DNA of 64,000 nt from Podarcis erhardii (taxonomy: Eukaryota): the NCBI GenBank assembly GCA_964252035.1, contig OZ176200.1; one strand, written 5' to 3'. How positions within the stretch are numbered: position 1 is the stretch's first letter; every line of letters begins with the position of its first letter. Below are positions 25,103-38,488 of this stretch, one piece after another. Position numbers and translations under genes: made by a program. A model generated the notes under the pieces. That model worked only from the letters and a program-made list of their open reading frames with translations. It searched no databases and was not told where the DNA came from.

Positions 25103-28100
25103 CCTGATTCTCTCCTCCCTGCTTCCCTAGTCAGAAATGCAGCAGATGCAGGCTAGAAGCTGAGTACAGTATCTAGATCGCCCTAAAGGAACATCTGCAG
25201 CATTGCAAAGCTAGCCAAAGGAGGGCTCAGCTGTCGTTGAAATCAGATTGGTCACATCCATAATGCTGAACAGTGGGCATTCATTGACCAAAGTATATTA
25301 ATGTATATTTGGATTTCATTATTTTAAATCTATGATTTAATAACTTTAATTGACAGACATAATGCATGGGTACAATATATTGGAAGTTGCTTTAGGGTTT
25401 ATAACAAGTAGAGATAATTGTAAATGAAAAATGAAAGAAAACTGCATGGCTTAGTAAATGAGTAATTAACCTTTCAACTCTACAACTACAGATGGAATCT
25501 TGACAAGAGTGACTGAAATAGCGCTAATGGTTGTTAAAGAGTGCAATAAAATTAATTTGATAGTTTTAGATTGATTTCTTTTCCCTTCCCTTCATACTGC
25601 TATGCTGGAGTCCCACTTACAAGCACATTCCACCTTACCATCAAATCCATCTGTGAATCATGCCTCATGGAAAAGGATTAATTTCTCTTTTTTTATCTCC
25701 ATTCTCCATCTTAAAGACTACAATTATCATTTCAATGGCTCTTACTGGGCTAAAGAATCAGGAATTTAAGTGGCCTGCCCATATGGTTACTAGAGCTCTA
25801 TCAACAAGAGCAAAGTAGTTGGACTGGCAGATAACCCATTTTTGTGGCTCTCGTTTTGTGCCAATAGCTACTAAAATGGCTTAAAAATAAAAGTCTTAAG
25901 AAAATTGCCTAATGAAACAAGCCAAAAGAACTTATTAAGCTTTTCCCTGCAGCTGATCCACCCCTCTTTCAATATGCATTCAGAGTGAACTTATGTGCCA
26001 TCCTTAATGCCAGACACACATATTTTTGCCCAGTGGTAATAAATACTGGTGGAGTTAGGACTGCAAGCAGCTACTCGATTAAGGCATGCCTTCCTACATA
26101 TATGGAGTTCTAGCTGCAGGAACGTGTTTGAGTAGAACATTTTTATTGCACACACCTTTAGACTAACCTAAGCAGCATGTTCTGGCATGTTCTTCATTCA
26201 AGCCCATACCAGTATTGATATTTTCTATAATCAAATAATTCTCTAACGAGGCATACAAAAACTAAGCAGTTCTAATAGATTTACTGAATTTGTTCCCTGT
26301 CCCCTTTCATATGAAATCTCTGTCTGAAGCAAGCCATCATATTAATAGCAAAAATTAGAGTTCAATTTTAAAAGTTTAAGGAGATGAAGTGATGAGTTCT
26401 AGGTAATTCAGATGACAATAGGACAAGGCTGTGGCAAAAAAGAAAAAGAAAAGCCCACAAGCCAACTCAAAGAGAGTTTGCTTTTCTTAGGGATTCAAGC
26501 AAGAATTTAATAAAAAGAAGACTTTCTCCTAAATATCCCTGTACCTACTGATCGTGGGGAAGACATGTATTTTATTAGCATAGCGAACAAATAATTAATT
26601 AATAAACTCAACCTATATAAAGTACCAATGAACTGCTGTAAGATACTGATGATGGGCAGTTCTTGTTGACACAGCCATATAGGAGTATGTCTAAATCCAT
26701 TTGCAACTTACAGATTTTGCAATAAAAGGCAGTGTTGGCTAAACAGCTAATTGAATCCCCCAAGGACATTACTTTCACCCTCACCACTTAGTTTGTATTC
26801 TTACTCTGCATTAGGCATCTCTATGTCATCCAAAACCCCAAATCCACATTTATTGCGGTAGATTTAAAAAATTGGCATGCTTTTAACATTATAATTAATG
26901 CTCATTTCTCACTTACAACATAATACCAATTCTCATTCTGATGATATTTGGTTTAGCTTTGTTGGCATGTCCACTAGCAAAAATATATGCTTGAAATCTC
27001 CATTGTTCTTCGTCTGCTTCCCTCCATCTGGGCACTATTTGGAAGCACATGTGAACATTTTACATTCTTCTGCTATTCAGAAGCTTTATATTTCCATATA
27101 TGTAGGGAAATAATACAAAGACCTAAACTGGCAGCCATATTCCGTAATTGGTTCTCAAAGCATTTCCCATTCTAGCTTCTGCAGTCAGAATCCATGGTAA
27201 TGTCTACAAAATAAAGTGATGTGGCAATAAAGAAGCAACATAAGATCCTGAACTGTTGTTTTTTTCTTAAGCACTTCTCTCTGGTCTGGTCTATGTTCTT
27301 AGTATCCTTCATATTACATAACTTTCCCCATATTTATCACAGCCATATTTTGCTCTTCTGGGGAGATTATAAGGGTGAAAAATCTCCTTTTCTGTTTTGT
27401 GAACATGGCAATGTCCATTTAAAATGTCTTTGTGACCCAGACAAGTCAGTTGCTCTTTCTGTCACCTCTGATTTGAAGTTGCAGTGAGATGAAATTCATC
27501 CAGAGAAGATTTTGTTCTGAAACTATGGGTATATTGAACGGTAAAGGGTAAATGGCTCGCAATGGCTATGAGAAGGGGGAATTACTGTGAAGAAATGAAA
27601 GCTTGTATTGCATTTCCTAACCTCACAGTTCTAATTCTGTTTTCCCTGTCCTTAAGAGTTGCATTTTCCATTGAGTAATTGAGAAAAATATTTAAAAACA
27701 CTTACATGCTACTTATCCAGCTTTTCTACCAGTGTCTCATTTGTGGTATAATTTTTACTTTCCCATTGTTTTGTAGCTTAAGAGAGGAACTTTGAATAAA
27801 TCAGAGCTGCAGTTACCAATTGAGTAAGATTAATCTTTGAAAGGAAAGCATGAGAAACTTAGAGGTGATTTGATTATAAGTGCATTCAGAGGAAGAAAAT
27901 TCTGGATGTAACAGATACATTAAAGGAGTAAGAGAGTGGATTCAACAATGGCTAAGAGATATCTGGACACACTGTTACATTTTATACTTTTGTAATGTAG
28001 ATAGTTGATATAAATCTGCCTTCATTTTGCTATTGTAATTGCTGTTTCAAGTCCTAGTTTATGTAAGTAAATGCTACTTTTATTTCTTCACAAAACAGTG

Positions 28101-28116
28101 TGTGTGATTGTTATTA

Positions 28117-28358
28117 CAGTGCTACCTCGGGTTAAGTACTTAATTTGTTCTGGAGGTCTGTACTTAACCTGAATCTGTTCTTAACCTGAAGTACCACTTT
28201 AGCTAATGGGGCCTCCTGCTGCTGCCACGCCGCCGGAGCACAATTTCTGTTCTCATCCTGAAGCAAAGTTCTTAACCTGAAGCACTATTTCTGGGTTAAC
28301 GGAGTCTGTAACCTGAAGCGTATGTAACCTGAAGCGTATGTAACCCGAGGTACCACTG
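28117..28358. mobile_element. Tc1/mariner (Tigger-like) MITE
   Basis: TIRs CAGTGCTACCTCGGGTT / AACCCGAGGTACCACTG with a TA TSD (28115-28116, 28359-28360) and internal TAACCTGAA repeats. Confidence 0.9.
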
Positions 28359-30618
28359 TATAAGGAGGAGAAAGTGGGTAATACCAAGACAATCCAGTCT
28401 GCCTGAAAGCATCCTGGATTGTTGTTTCTAGAAGATTAAATCAACTTTGTTTTAGATTCCAAGTTTAATTTCCTAAGGATAGTTCTCTGCTGATCTTATT
28501 AATGTGAGCAAGGAAGGATAATAACTAAACAATATATCCTCTCATAGTATTTAAATCCATTCCTACACATACTCACTTGGAATGCAATTGGGGGACTTTA
28601 ATTAATCTGTTTTGCACTTTATCTATATATAATGGAATCCAACTGATCTGAAGGTTGGATTGCATAATTCTCCCATTTAGGAGTAGCTACAATCCTACAC
28701 AGTGAAACGTGTATTCAGGCAAACATATATAGGCTCAGCCTGGCTTCGAATAGTCCAATGGGTGTAGGCTGCAGTTTTTGCTGAGGTCTTTAAACCCTGA
28801 TGCATTTTAGCATCTGGAGCTGTCTGCAAAGTCTTAAGGGGATTCAGCTGCAATCACGACAGCTTCCAAAATAATTTTATGGAGTTTGGAACAGATGTTC
28901 AGAGGCTTGAAGAATTTGCACACATTTTACCATTTTCAGAACAAGACTAAATGGGTAGCACTCACAGGTGAATCATCTTCCAACCAATGGGACTAGAAGC
29001 TCAATCCAGAGCCTTTATGTAGTTAAACTTAGTTCTAACGCATTAATGGATTTTATGAAGAACTAACTCATTTTTAATAAGAGATACAGATGGTGTTCTT
29101 TGGTGATGGGAAGGCTTGCAATATGAAGTGGGCACTGAAGAGATTTCAGCACAACATTTTGTCAAGATGTGGCAGAAGGTCTGACCTTATGAATGATATC
29201 CGTCCTGATGGGGGGGGGGTTAGAGAGTAAATATTTTAAGTGGCACTTGATAGAAAATTTGTGCAAACATCTTGCTACTGAGTAATGAGGTCCGTGAGTG
29301 TACATCCCACTTGCTGCTTTCAAAATAAACCGATTTCAATGCTTCAACATTTAACAAGCGCTTCAAATTGCAGTGTGGATTTTGATCTATGCCTTATTCT
29401 TCTTGCTCATATATTTTCTAGGATACCGAGAATGAGCTGTGGATAAAAGCGCATTATCAAAAGTGTGAAAGAGGAACAAATAGATTCTTCTATATCTCCT
29501 TAAATAAAATGAGCAGCATTCATTCATTCATTCAAGCAGAATTTGTTTTCAGCACACAATTACTTTCAGAGAGTGATGGGAATTGAAGCAATTTGTGGGG
29601 GAAACACTGGTCCCCCCCCCCATGGTCCTTTACTGCCACGACGTAAGACAGGTTAAAAAAAAAAAAAAAGGTCTACTCCTCTACACAGCTTAGTTTTGCT
29701 TACTTCCCATCACAAGCAGATTTCCTAGATATCATCATGTAGTAGGATGTATTAGGATGAGCATCAAATAATGTTTCTAGTGAATTGTTGTGCAAGGATG
29801 GAGGTGGTTTGTCCCTATCCTTTCAGCTTGTGTTATATCATATCTTCCAATACCTTTTCTGTACAATATTTCCTTGTGGATGTGGAACTGCTGAATCTTG
29901 TGATGATGGAGGCCTGTCTGTTCTTCTGTTAACAATGGCTCTTCCTGTCAGTTCTCGTGAGAACTCAATGGCTCTCCCTCATTTTAGAGTCTTTCGCTGA
30001 GACTTTATGTGGTCACTGCTCTTTCAGGATCAGAAAATAATTTTCCTCCCAGTCTCAACTGGCTCTAGGTTGTGAGGTTCTTGACTTTCTTCCAGTGACA
30101 AGCAGGCTTTCTTCTTAGGCGTTAAGTCACACAACTTGAATGGAAATGGCATTGGACATAAGACGACCCTCATATAGGATCATGAGGTCATGTACCAGCT
30201 CCTGGTCATAACTCGGGGGGAGATGAGCCTGTCATCACTCACCTCAGACTGCTAGTGGGATCCCAGATGCACAACCTGTGCTATATCAGGTCTTCCCTAC
30301 TAGTTAACTCCTGTGGATATTCCTCAGCTGGGATGGATTTTCTTCAGACCAAACAAAGGAAGTTGGAAGTGGATACAGATCCATGCCATATATGCCACTA
30401 ATACTGCTTACTTTGTTATAATCTATAAAGTTGTGGTCTGTTTTAACCCACACATATGTTATTTTGTCTTGTTACCCAATCCTTGCCCCTGAGATAGCCT
30501 AACATGCCTATCCTACAAATGTGTATCAGCTGGAGACAATTTAAAGGGAGCTGAAGGTGATACGATGGGGCGCAGTTTAGTATACCCATATTTTCTATCA
30601 CTGTCATCTCTGGATAAA

Positions 30619-30783
30619 TATATTTAAAAATATATAAAAATATATAAATTGTCCAGTAGCACCTTAGAGACCAACTAGATGGTCTCTACTTAGTTGGTCT
30701 CTAAAGTGTTACTGGACAATTTTATTTTTTTATTATTTTTATATATATTTCGACTGTGTCAGACCAACATGGCTCCTACCTGA
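30619..30783 (+). mobile_element. Penelope-like element terminal fragment, fold-back, no hammerhead retained
   Basis: 13-bp flanking duplication atctctggataaa (30606-30618, 30784-30796). The 32-bp inverted arms at 30646-30677 and 30691-30722 have 2 mismatches. The terminus CAGACCAACATGGCTCCTACCTGA is related to those of the 11 kb and 54 kb elements. Confidence 0.75.
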
Positions 30784-32929
30784 ATCTCTGGATAAAAAGG
30801 TTTTGAAGTCTATGGGGTACAGAGACAATAGTGAGATAAATATGATCAATGCCAGTATTGTATCATCTTGAATGCTTGGGCAGGGGGCTAGCATTAGCTT
30901 CTAAGTAGAAGGTAATAAAATGTTCTTGGACATAAATATGGGTTAGATCCATAGAAGCATGGGCCAAAGGAACACAGTTCCTAGTGCTACTCTGCAAAAG
31001 CTTGTACAAGATTCTACTCAATGCTGTAACAGGTTGGTTATATAGGAGTTCTGAAGCTTTGGGTTCTGTAAGAGATTGCATGAGCTTTTGTGGAAATGAA
31101 TGAACATAGTTGGATTTAGTTTCACTTTTCTTGTGTAGCACTTTGGTGCAAATTGTAACACATTTCTTCAGTGAGCAAAAGACAGCTTCCACAGGTGGAA
31201 GAATACCATTGGATCTAAGTCTATGTGATCTGTTGAAAAAGCTTAGGACAATTAAATTTATTGTCGTCTTAAGAGTATTCTCTGTGTTAAAATCTTCAAG
31301 GTGTGCTTTAAAATTGTGAATTATCTTTGTTCCATGTCCCTTTGAATGTGTGTCCGTTCCCACACCTACAGACATTTTTCTTCTTATCTTCTCCAATATA
31401 TATCACAAGATTATTCAAAGGAATAACACTAGAGTTCCTCAGACCCTTAAGTTCTCTTTGTTCATTTCAAGAAGAAGGACTTCTGTATTGCCATTAGATT
31501 TTTATTTTTTTTTAACAAACTCTCAGTAGTAGTGAAATCCTTATGGGATATTTCTAAAAGTTAAGTTTTATTTCAATAGCACCCGCATGGCTCAACTTGA
31601 AGGATAAAGTCATTCAAGACATTGCCGTATACAGAAAGTTATGAGGGAATGTCCTATTGATAACAAGAATAAGACAAGCGAAAGTCCTAGGCACTTTCAT
31701 CTTAGCAGAAGGAGGGAAAAAGTATGTATGTTCTGCTTTCTGAAGTGAAGCTATCTCTCAACAGTGAGCGGTTCTGTCAGAACATCAAGTCATTCAAGAT
31801 GAAGCATAATGTGAAAAGTTATTTAGGGACATCCTGCTGACAATAAGAATACGTTACGGGACAATGCAATACCACTGTAGCGGTAACGTTTCAGAAAATA
31901 TATATTAAGATACTTTTCTTTTTTTATCAAAGAGTTGTAGCGTAGTTTTATCTAAATAAGACCAGCAGAAAGGCTGCCCAAACATCCCTTTTCTTCTTCT
32001 TCCCCAAAGTGGCACGTCTGCTTATTAAAAGAATTACTTGGTGATACAGATGTCACCCTTTTGACTCATGAAGAAAACACTATTTATAGGGCAATGAATC
32101 CAAAATAAGCTCAGCAGAGCATTATAGTAAAATGTACAGACAAAAGATGTTGCATGTACCAAAAAGATGTCCCAGGTGGAGGTATTTATGGGAAAATCAC
32201 AAAAAATAATGAGTGGCCACTAACGTTTGACCTTAATGGATTTTAAACATTAGCTTGTTTGCATCACAGAAGCTTGAGTTCCAATCTGCTAAATGGCCTG
32301 AGAAAATAGAATTCACATCAGTCATGCACATTCAGGTCAAGTTACAATCTTGGAGACTCAGTTTCCTAACTCTAAAGCAGCGCTCCCAAAAACTGAATGG
32401 GGTTGTGTTTCTTTTGCCATCATCACAGTGTGTGTTTTTTAATGATAGTAGTTTTCTAGATTTTTATTCTGTTCTGTAATGCAGGTGTGTTCAACATAAT
32501 GTAACCTTCCGTCTTCCGATAAGGAAATGATTCATGCTTCAGATACAGTGGAAAGTGTTTGCTGAAAGTGCCTAATTATATAAGGTATAAGAGCAATATT
32601 CATTTTTAAAATCTTGTTTAGGTCTACAACTAAATGTATGTTTTGTTAAATGTCCAAAGGAATGCCTAACTTATGGTTCTCATGCAGTATGTGACTGCGA
32701 TCCTGAGTTCCCTTTTGTGAATGGAAAGGCTTCTTCCATGCACAAAATGATGTGTCATCCTGTGAAGGTTCTTGCTAGTGAAATGTGCAGGGGAGAGTGA
32801 TTTTACTCAGTTTCCCCTGCAGCCATCCCTCACCTCAATATATCAGATTGTTAGGGGCATGGGAGCAAGGGCTGCAGTGGGAAAGGAGAAGTTGTAAGAG
32901 ATCAGTCACCCCTTCTGCCAGCAGGAACA

Positions 32930-33090
32930 TTCAGTGAACATATGAGCCTGCTAGATCAGGTTAATGATTATGGGGGCTCTGAAAGCAGGACCTGAACACA
33001 TCAACGCTCTCCCCACTTGTGATTTCCAGCATTCAGAATGCAGCCTGGTTGCTGCTGAGCTTCTAGTAGCCACTGAGCAGACCTCTGCCC
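32930..33090 (-). mobile_element. Old CR1-type 3' fragment
   Basis: Reverse complement of the TCAGGTCCTGCTT...GATC motif set seen at 50900-51070. Confidence 0.45.
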
Positions 33091-35436
33091 ATGGAACATT
33101 CCTGCCCATGGAAAGAAACTCATGGTTCAAACCTGTAAAAACAGCCACAATAAATCCTCTGCAGCTTTTTTCCAATCTTCAAGATAGCCAAGAGCAGTTC
33201 TTCAAACGATACAGTTTTTCACCCTCCCACAAGTACCTGAAATGTCCTCCCTGTATTGTGGAACCATGTCAAGCTCAGGTCGATACTGTGAGAGACAAAC
33301 CTTTAGCTTGAAAGGATGGAGCTTCCACCTATACCACAGAAATGGGCTTGATCTGAGTCTTTATAGGAGAACAGTGAAGCATCCCAACTATTCCATGTAA
33401 GCCATTCATATGGAAAATGTAACAGATACATATACAGAAAAATGTTCAACCTCTGTCTAACTGAATCTGTGGACATACTGAACAAGTTGAATTCTAAGGA
33501 TCCTCAGTGTCAGAAAGTGGCTGGGCTGCATGCCTATTTATATATTTTACTGCTAAAGCAATATGAAATTTCACCTTTAAGAAACCCACTCACATTTTGA
33601 CAATGACTTCTCTTCCTAGGGAAGTGAATAAACATGAAGTGGCTTTTAAAAGACAACAACTGTCTAAATCAGATATTCCTTAAAAGCTGCTATTAGTTCC
33701 ATGTAACATTATGCTAATATGCAACTACAACCTAAGAACTGCTAAAGAGTTTCTTCCTGCACACAATTATATTGAAGAATCCAATTATATGTTTAAATAA
33801 TGACCTTGTGCCTCTAGGCCTAAGCAGTGCTTTGTGCTTCTTTACTCACACAACAGTTTCTTCACTTACCAACACAACCTATTGAAAAAAGTTCAATTAC
33901 ATTTATGAGCTATTGAATTCTGCCTCAGTGTTTGGCTACTAATATCTGACAGAAAGATTGCTCACATTTACTATATATGTGACAAGCATTCTCCTTAATA
34001 AATACGCTGTATTTTTGTTAAGCAAAATCTATTAAGTAGTGTCTGACAAATTTATAATTATTTAAATATGTATGTTGGCCAAGTACCAATATCACGAGGG
34101 TGCCTCTGCCTGTTAAGAGTAGGGCAGAAAGGAAAATGTACAGCTTCCTCCTTCACTGCACCACTCTGAAAGACAAAACTGTAGCTGGTGAAATTCAGCC
34201 TTCTTTACAACGCTTAAAGGCACAGGTCCTGGTAACTCAGGTGGCAGTCCTTGTAAGGGCTGGGTGACAACCTCCCTCCCTCTTATTTTCCTGGCAGCAG
34301 CACTCTCCCTCCCTGTGTGAGTTGTTTGTCGCTGCAGAGCAATGTAGGAGTGTTTGGCTGATCCACCTGTTTGTGGGTTGTTGTTTTTCTGCCTACTCCA
34401 TACCCAAGTGTCTCAGAAAAACCAGGACATCCCATTTGTTTCATATGAGAGCACAGTTCCTTGCAGATGATGGGGTTGTGGAGACGATGTACCAAAGGCA
34501 AACGCAAGTTTAAGAAAGTCATGGAAACAAAATACAAATACACACTTCTGTAGCAAACTTCCCTCTGAATTATACTTGTTCTGATTGCATCCAAAAGTGG
34601 TTGATAAAAGCTGTCTCTTCTGTACCCTACATATGACAGAAACAAACAAACAAACAAAAGATATTGCATTCCCTGTCTTTTATCTTGTTTGTCAGCACTG
34701 GACCATCCCTCTGGTTCTGGAAAGCCTTTCATTTTCAAGGGCTTAGGGACAATACAGCATTCTGTGGTCATGTGTATCTCCAGTTTCTATGGTAGAGTTG
34801 GAACCATTAACACATTTGCTGGCCTTAGCCAAAGTACTGAATTATAGCCATAGGCTCTCTGTCTACAAAACAGGGAACAGGGATTATGAAAAAGGGTGAA
34901 GTCACCTACTTTGGGAGGGAGGAACTCAAGTGGTGGAGCAAGTCATTTTAAAATGTTGGCCTGGGGCAGGTTGGGATTTATCCCTATACTGTTGTTAGCT
35001 TCCCATTTACTTCAGTTAGGCTAACGGGGGCGGGGGGGGGGAGATTCAGAATATTGTTTTGTTTTTAATCTAAACATACACAGAGAGAGACAACAGATTA
35101 TAGCAGGTTCCAGAACACCTCACATGCCTGACCATGTATTTGTTGAGATTATATAATGTCGGGTGCCTCATATACCTTATGCAGGTCTACTATGAGTTAT
35201 AACATTACCAGGGGGCAGAAGGGACATTGAGATTTGGAGCATTAAAATGTCTCTATATATGCTGACAGTGATAGACCTTTAACAACTAACCTATAGTAAA
35301 ATATTGTTTAATGTCAAAATAAATACACCTACACCTACCAGGTTCGTCTTGTGTTTTTAAATGTCTCATGGACCTTTAAGGTTTTCAGGGTCCATTAATG
35401 ATAAATTTTGAAATTTTGTATTAATTAACAAGTTTT

Positions 35437-35440
<4 letters not shown>

Positions 35441-35473
<33 letters not shown>
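35441..35473. repeat. (CA)n microsatellite
   Basis: Direct read of the sequence. Confidence 0.95.
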
Positions 35474-35475
<2 letters not shown>

Positions 35476-36289
35476 CAAAGCACAACTGGTTTCAAGCTCA
35501 ATGTCAGGAGTATACACTATATTACAAACTAATGAAGATAATGAGAGTTTTGTTTTAACTTCATTTGGAAAGATGAACAAAATATTATGAACAGAATATT
35601 ATGCCATTTGAGGTTAAAAAGTGAATGCTAATTAAGGTTCCTGTGTACCTTCTCAACATTAGATCAGTACATAGTCCCTGTAATTACAGGAGAAACACTC
35701 ACAGGAGTTAGTATTAAGTTTATGCAGATTTATAACTTTTGGCAGAATTGTTCCTTTAAAGTGTAGCAGAGAGTTAGTCATAATTATACAAGAATTGAGC
35801 GTGGGAGAGAATAATTTGTACAGCACACTCTGCCTCAGCAAAACATCTTTGTCCTCTTATTTCAAGGACCATTGTTTTTAATAAAGGGTGAAAACTAATA
35901 AAGAAATGCTCCCTCCATTCATTTTACTCATAAAATATAAAATCCGAGGGTAATCATGTTGAAACCAGGTTAACATACTGTATATGCCTTTCTGTTTATT
36001 TTTAATGATGTTGCAAGGTTGTATTCTTCTATTCCTGCTTGATAGAATCCAACCTCTAGCCAGAGATCACCAACTTTTTTAGGCTCCTGGATGTATTTGA
36101 ATTTTGGAGCAAGTGCCATTAGTACCTCCAATCTTTTATCTCTCTCCTCCCCCAGATCAGCCACTCCACCACATACAGTCAAATATAGAAAGTCTCTCAC
36201 CACCAAAGGAACACAAGTGAACAGCAGAGAACCTGCACAAGCAACACTGACACCAAACCCTACATATATTAAGTAAAATAGAAACATCA

Positions 36290-36465
36290 CCACCTGACCC
36301 CACCCCCACCCATCTTCCCCCCACCCCTACTCCTTTCCCCCTTTTCTTCCTAATTTCTCAACAAATGAAACTGATTTGTAAAAATGTTACATGGAAAAAT
36401 TACAAGAGACATTGCACATACTTTTGTAAATCAAGAAAATCTTTAATAAAAATACATTTAAAATA
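36290..36465 (+). mobile_element. Probable L1/Tx1-type LINE 3' UTR
   Basis: A C-rich tract, then TGTAAATCAAGAAAATCTTTAATAAAAAT (poly(A)-signal end typical of squamate L1 tails). Confidence 0.4.
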
Positions 36466-36908
36466 TATATATAGAAAGTGTGCACAAACACACTTTACTG
36501 TTCCAGGGTATCTGAGTAAAATGGTAACCTGACCCTTGAGAAGCACATACAGGTGAATAAGGAAGTGAGAAAGAGACACTCTTCCAACTTCCTCCTTCAG
36601 CTCTATGTCCTTTTCACAGGGGCAAAGGAAGCCACCTTCAGCACCTCATAACCAAGGGGGCAGTGAATGAAGGGGGTGGCTAAAAGGCTTCATGGGCACC
36701 AGGGCAAGACCTTAAGGCAACAATTATGCCCACAGGAGCCATGATAGTGACCCTGTATAGCAAATACAGCTGCATATTCTTGTGGAAGCAGCTGTTGGTT
36801 ATGCCGCAGATAGGGCAACAGTTATAGTTTCTCCACATATTCTGCTCCCATACTGAAGTTGGAGTAAATGCAGAATTATGGATGGGAAGACCAAGGTGCA
36901 TTAGAACA

Positions 36909-37032
36909 AAGATGGGGAACCTGGGGCCCTCCAGATATTGTCGAAACTGTGATCCCTGACCACAGACCATGCTAGCTGATCTAATGAGAGTTGTAGTCCA
37001 ACAACATCTGGAGGTTCACAGCCTCCCCATCA
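36909..37032. mobile_element. Palindromic hAT MITE related to 15750-15885
   Basis: GATGGGGAACCTG..CCCTCCAGAT ... ACATCTGGAGG..CAGCCTCCCCATC, with internal GAGTTGTAGTCC. Confidence 0.65.
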
Positions 37033-38071
37033 CTGGAGTGAAGCACAGTACATATTTCACACATCTTAAGTAGCTGGAGGCATGGTTTGGGCTGTGTTTT
37101 CAAGAGTTAACGGGAAATGTTTGAATCATACTAGTTTGGGATACTGTTATTTACTTAGGAGAAACATATTTGCTATGCAACCAATGGATGATGGGAATGG
37201 GAGGTCACATGCCCTTTGGTCAGCTGCATCACTGCTGATTGCTAAAAGGTATACAGGGAAGAAAGAGGTGGTCAGGTTGGTGTGGTGCGTATACACCAGC
37301 AAATGCAACATCACACTGCCTCCCCACTTCCTGTTATCAGCAGGGACACTACTGACCTGAGGTCAAAAGAGTGCCACCATCTCACTACACCATCAGCTAC
37401 TTGTCCTCTGTATGTTTACTCAGATGCAAGTCTCACTGTAGTCAATGGATAATAGAAAACTGTGCATGCACACCAATTTATTGTGGTGGATTTTTCAACA
37501 TATTCAGGTATTTTGCATGTATTCCTTTCCAACCCATCTTACTAATGAACACAAGGGCATACAACGGTGGGGTAGAAGATAGACTATGACTGAGTGACCC
37601 ATGTGGAAGTCCCCACTCAGTCATGACACTCAAGAGGAGACACTCTTTCAGCCAAACAGAGCTCACAGCATTGTTGTGAGGATAAAAGAGGGCAGACAAA
37701 CATGACCACAACCTTGAGTTTCTTGGAAAAGAGTAGCCTAGAAATGTAATAATATTTTAACTGCACGCATGAATGAAACACAGGTGGGGGGAGACATTTG
37801 ATGGGATCTACCATCACATCAAGATCCTTTTTGAGATGCTTTTCACATCAGTTTGTGTGCATCAGGAAGCTGCACAGAATTAAAATATGTGAATGTACAG
37901 GGAGGTGCAGCAAACTGTCTTTACACTAATTCAGAAGTAATTTTAAGAATTCTCCATGTGTTTGTGGATGGTGCAGATATAAACAATAGTGGAATGGATT
38001 TAAGTAGGGGAACCCACTTATTCCTCTATGTAATCCTTCTGTAGAGATTTGCAACGAATGAGGTAATATAA

Positions 38072-38123
<52 letters not shown>

Positions 38124-38488
38124 TTTATTTATATCCCGCCCTCCCCAGCTGAAGCCGGGCTCAGGGCGGCTAACAACAATAAAACAGTACAAAAGTACAG
38201 CACAAACAACACTCTAACATCATTCATTATAAAATTAATTAATTCAAGCCACTGGCAACCATTGGGCCAGAGCTCCACGAAGATTGCCGAGGGAGGGAGT
38301 CAGGCTGTGCCCTTGCCAAAGGCCTGGTGGAACAGCTCTGTCTTGCAGGCCCTGCGGAAAGATGTCAAGTCCCACAGGGCCCTGGTCTCTTGTGACAGAG
38401 TGTTCCACCAGATCGGAGCCACGGCTGAAAAAGCCCTGGCTCTAGTTGAGGCCAGCCTAACTTCTCTGTGGCCTGGGACCTTCAAGAT
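38072..38488 (-). mobile_element. L2 LINE 3' fragment with (ATT)n tail
   Basis: The minus ORF RARAFSAVAPIWWNTLSQETRALWDLTSFRRACKTELFHQAFG is the L2 ORF2 C-terminus. The (AAT)n tail is at 38072-38120. Confidence 0.9.

Noticed and set aside
34283-34771. 162-aa minus-strand ORF
   Set aside because: It includes a (TTTG)n run, has no recognisable domain, and other frames are similarly open. Treated as chance.
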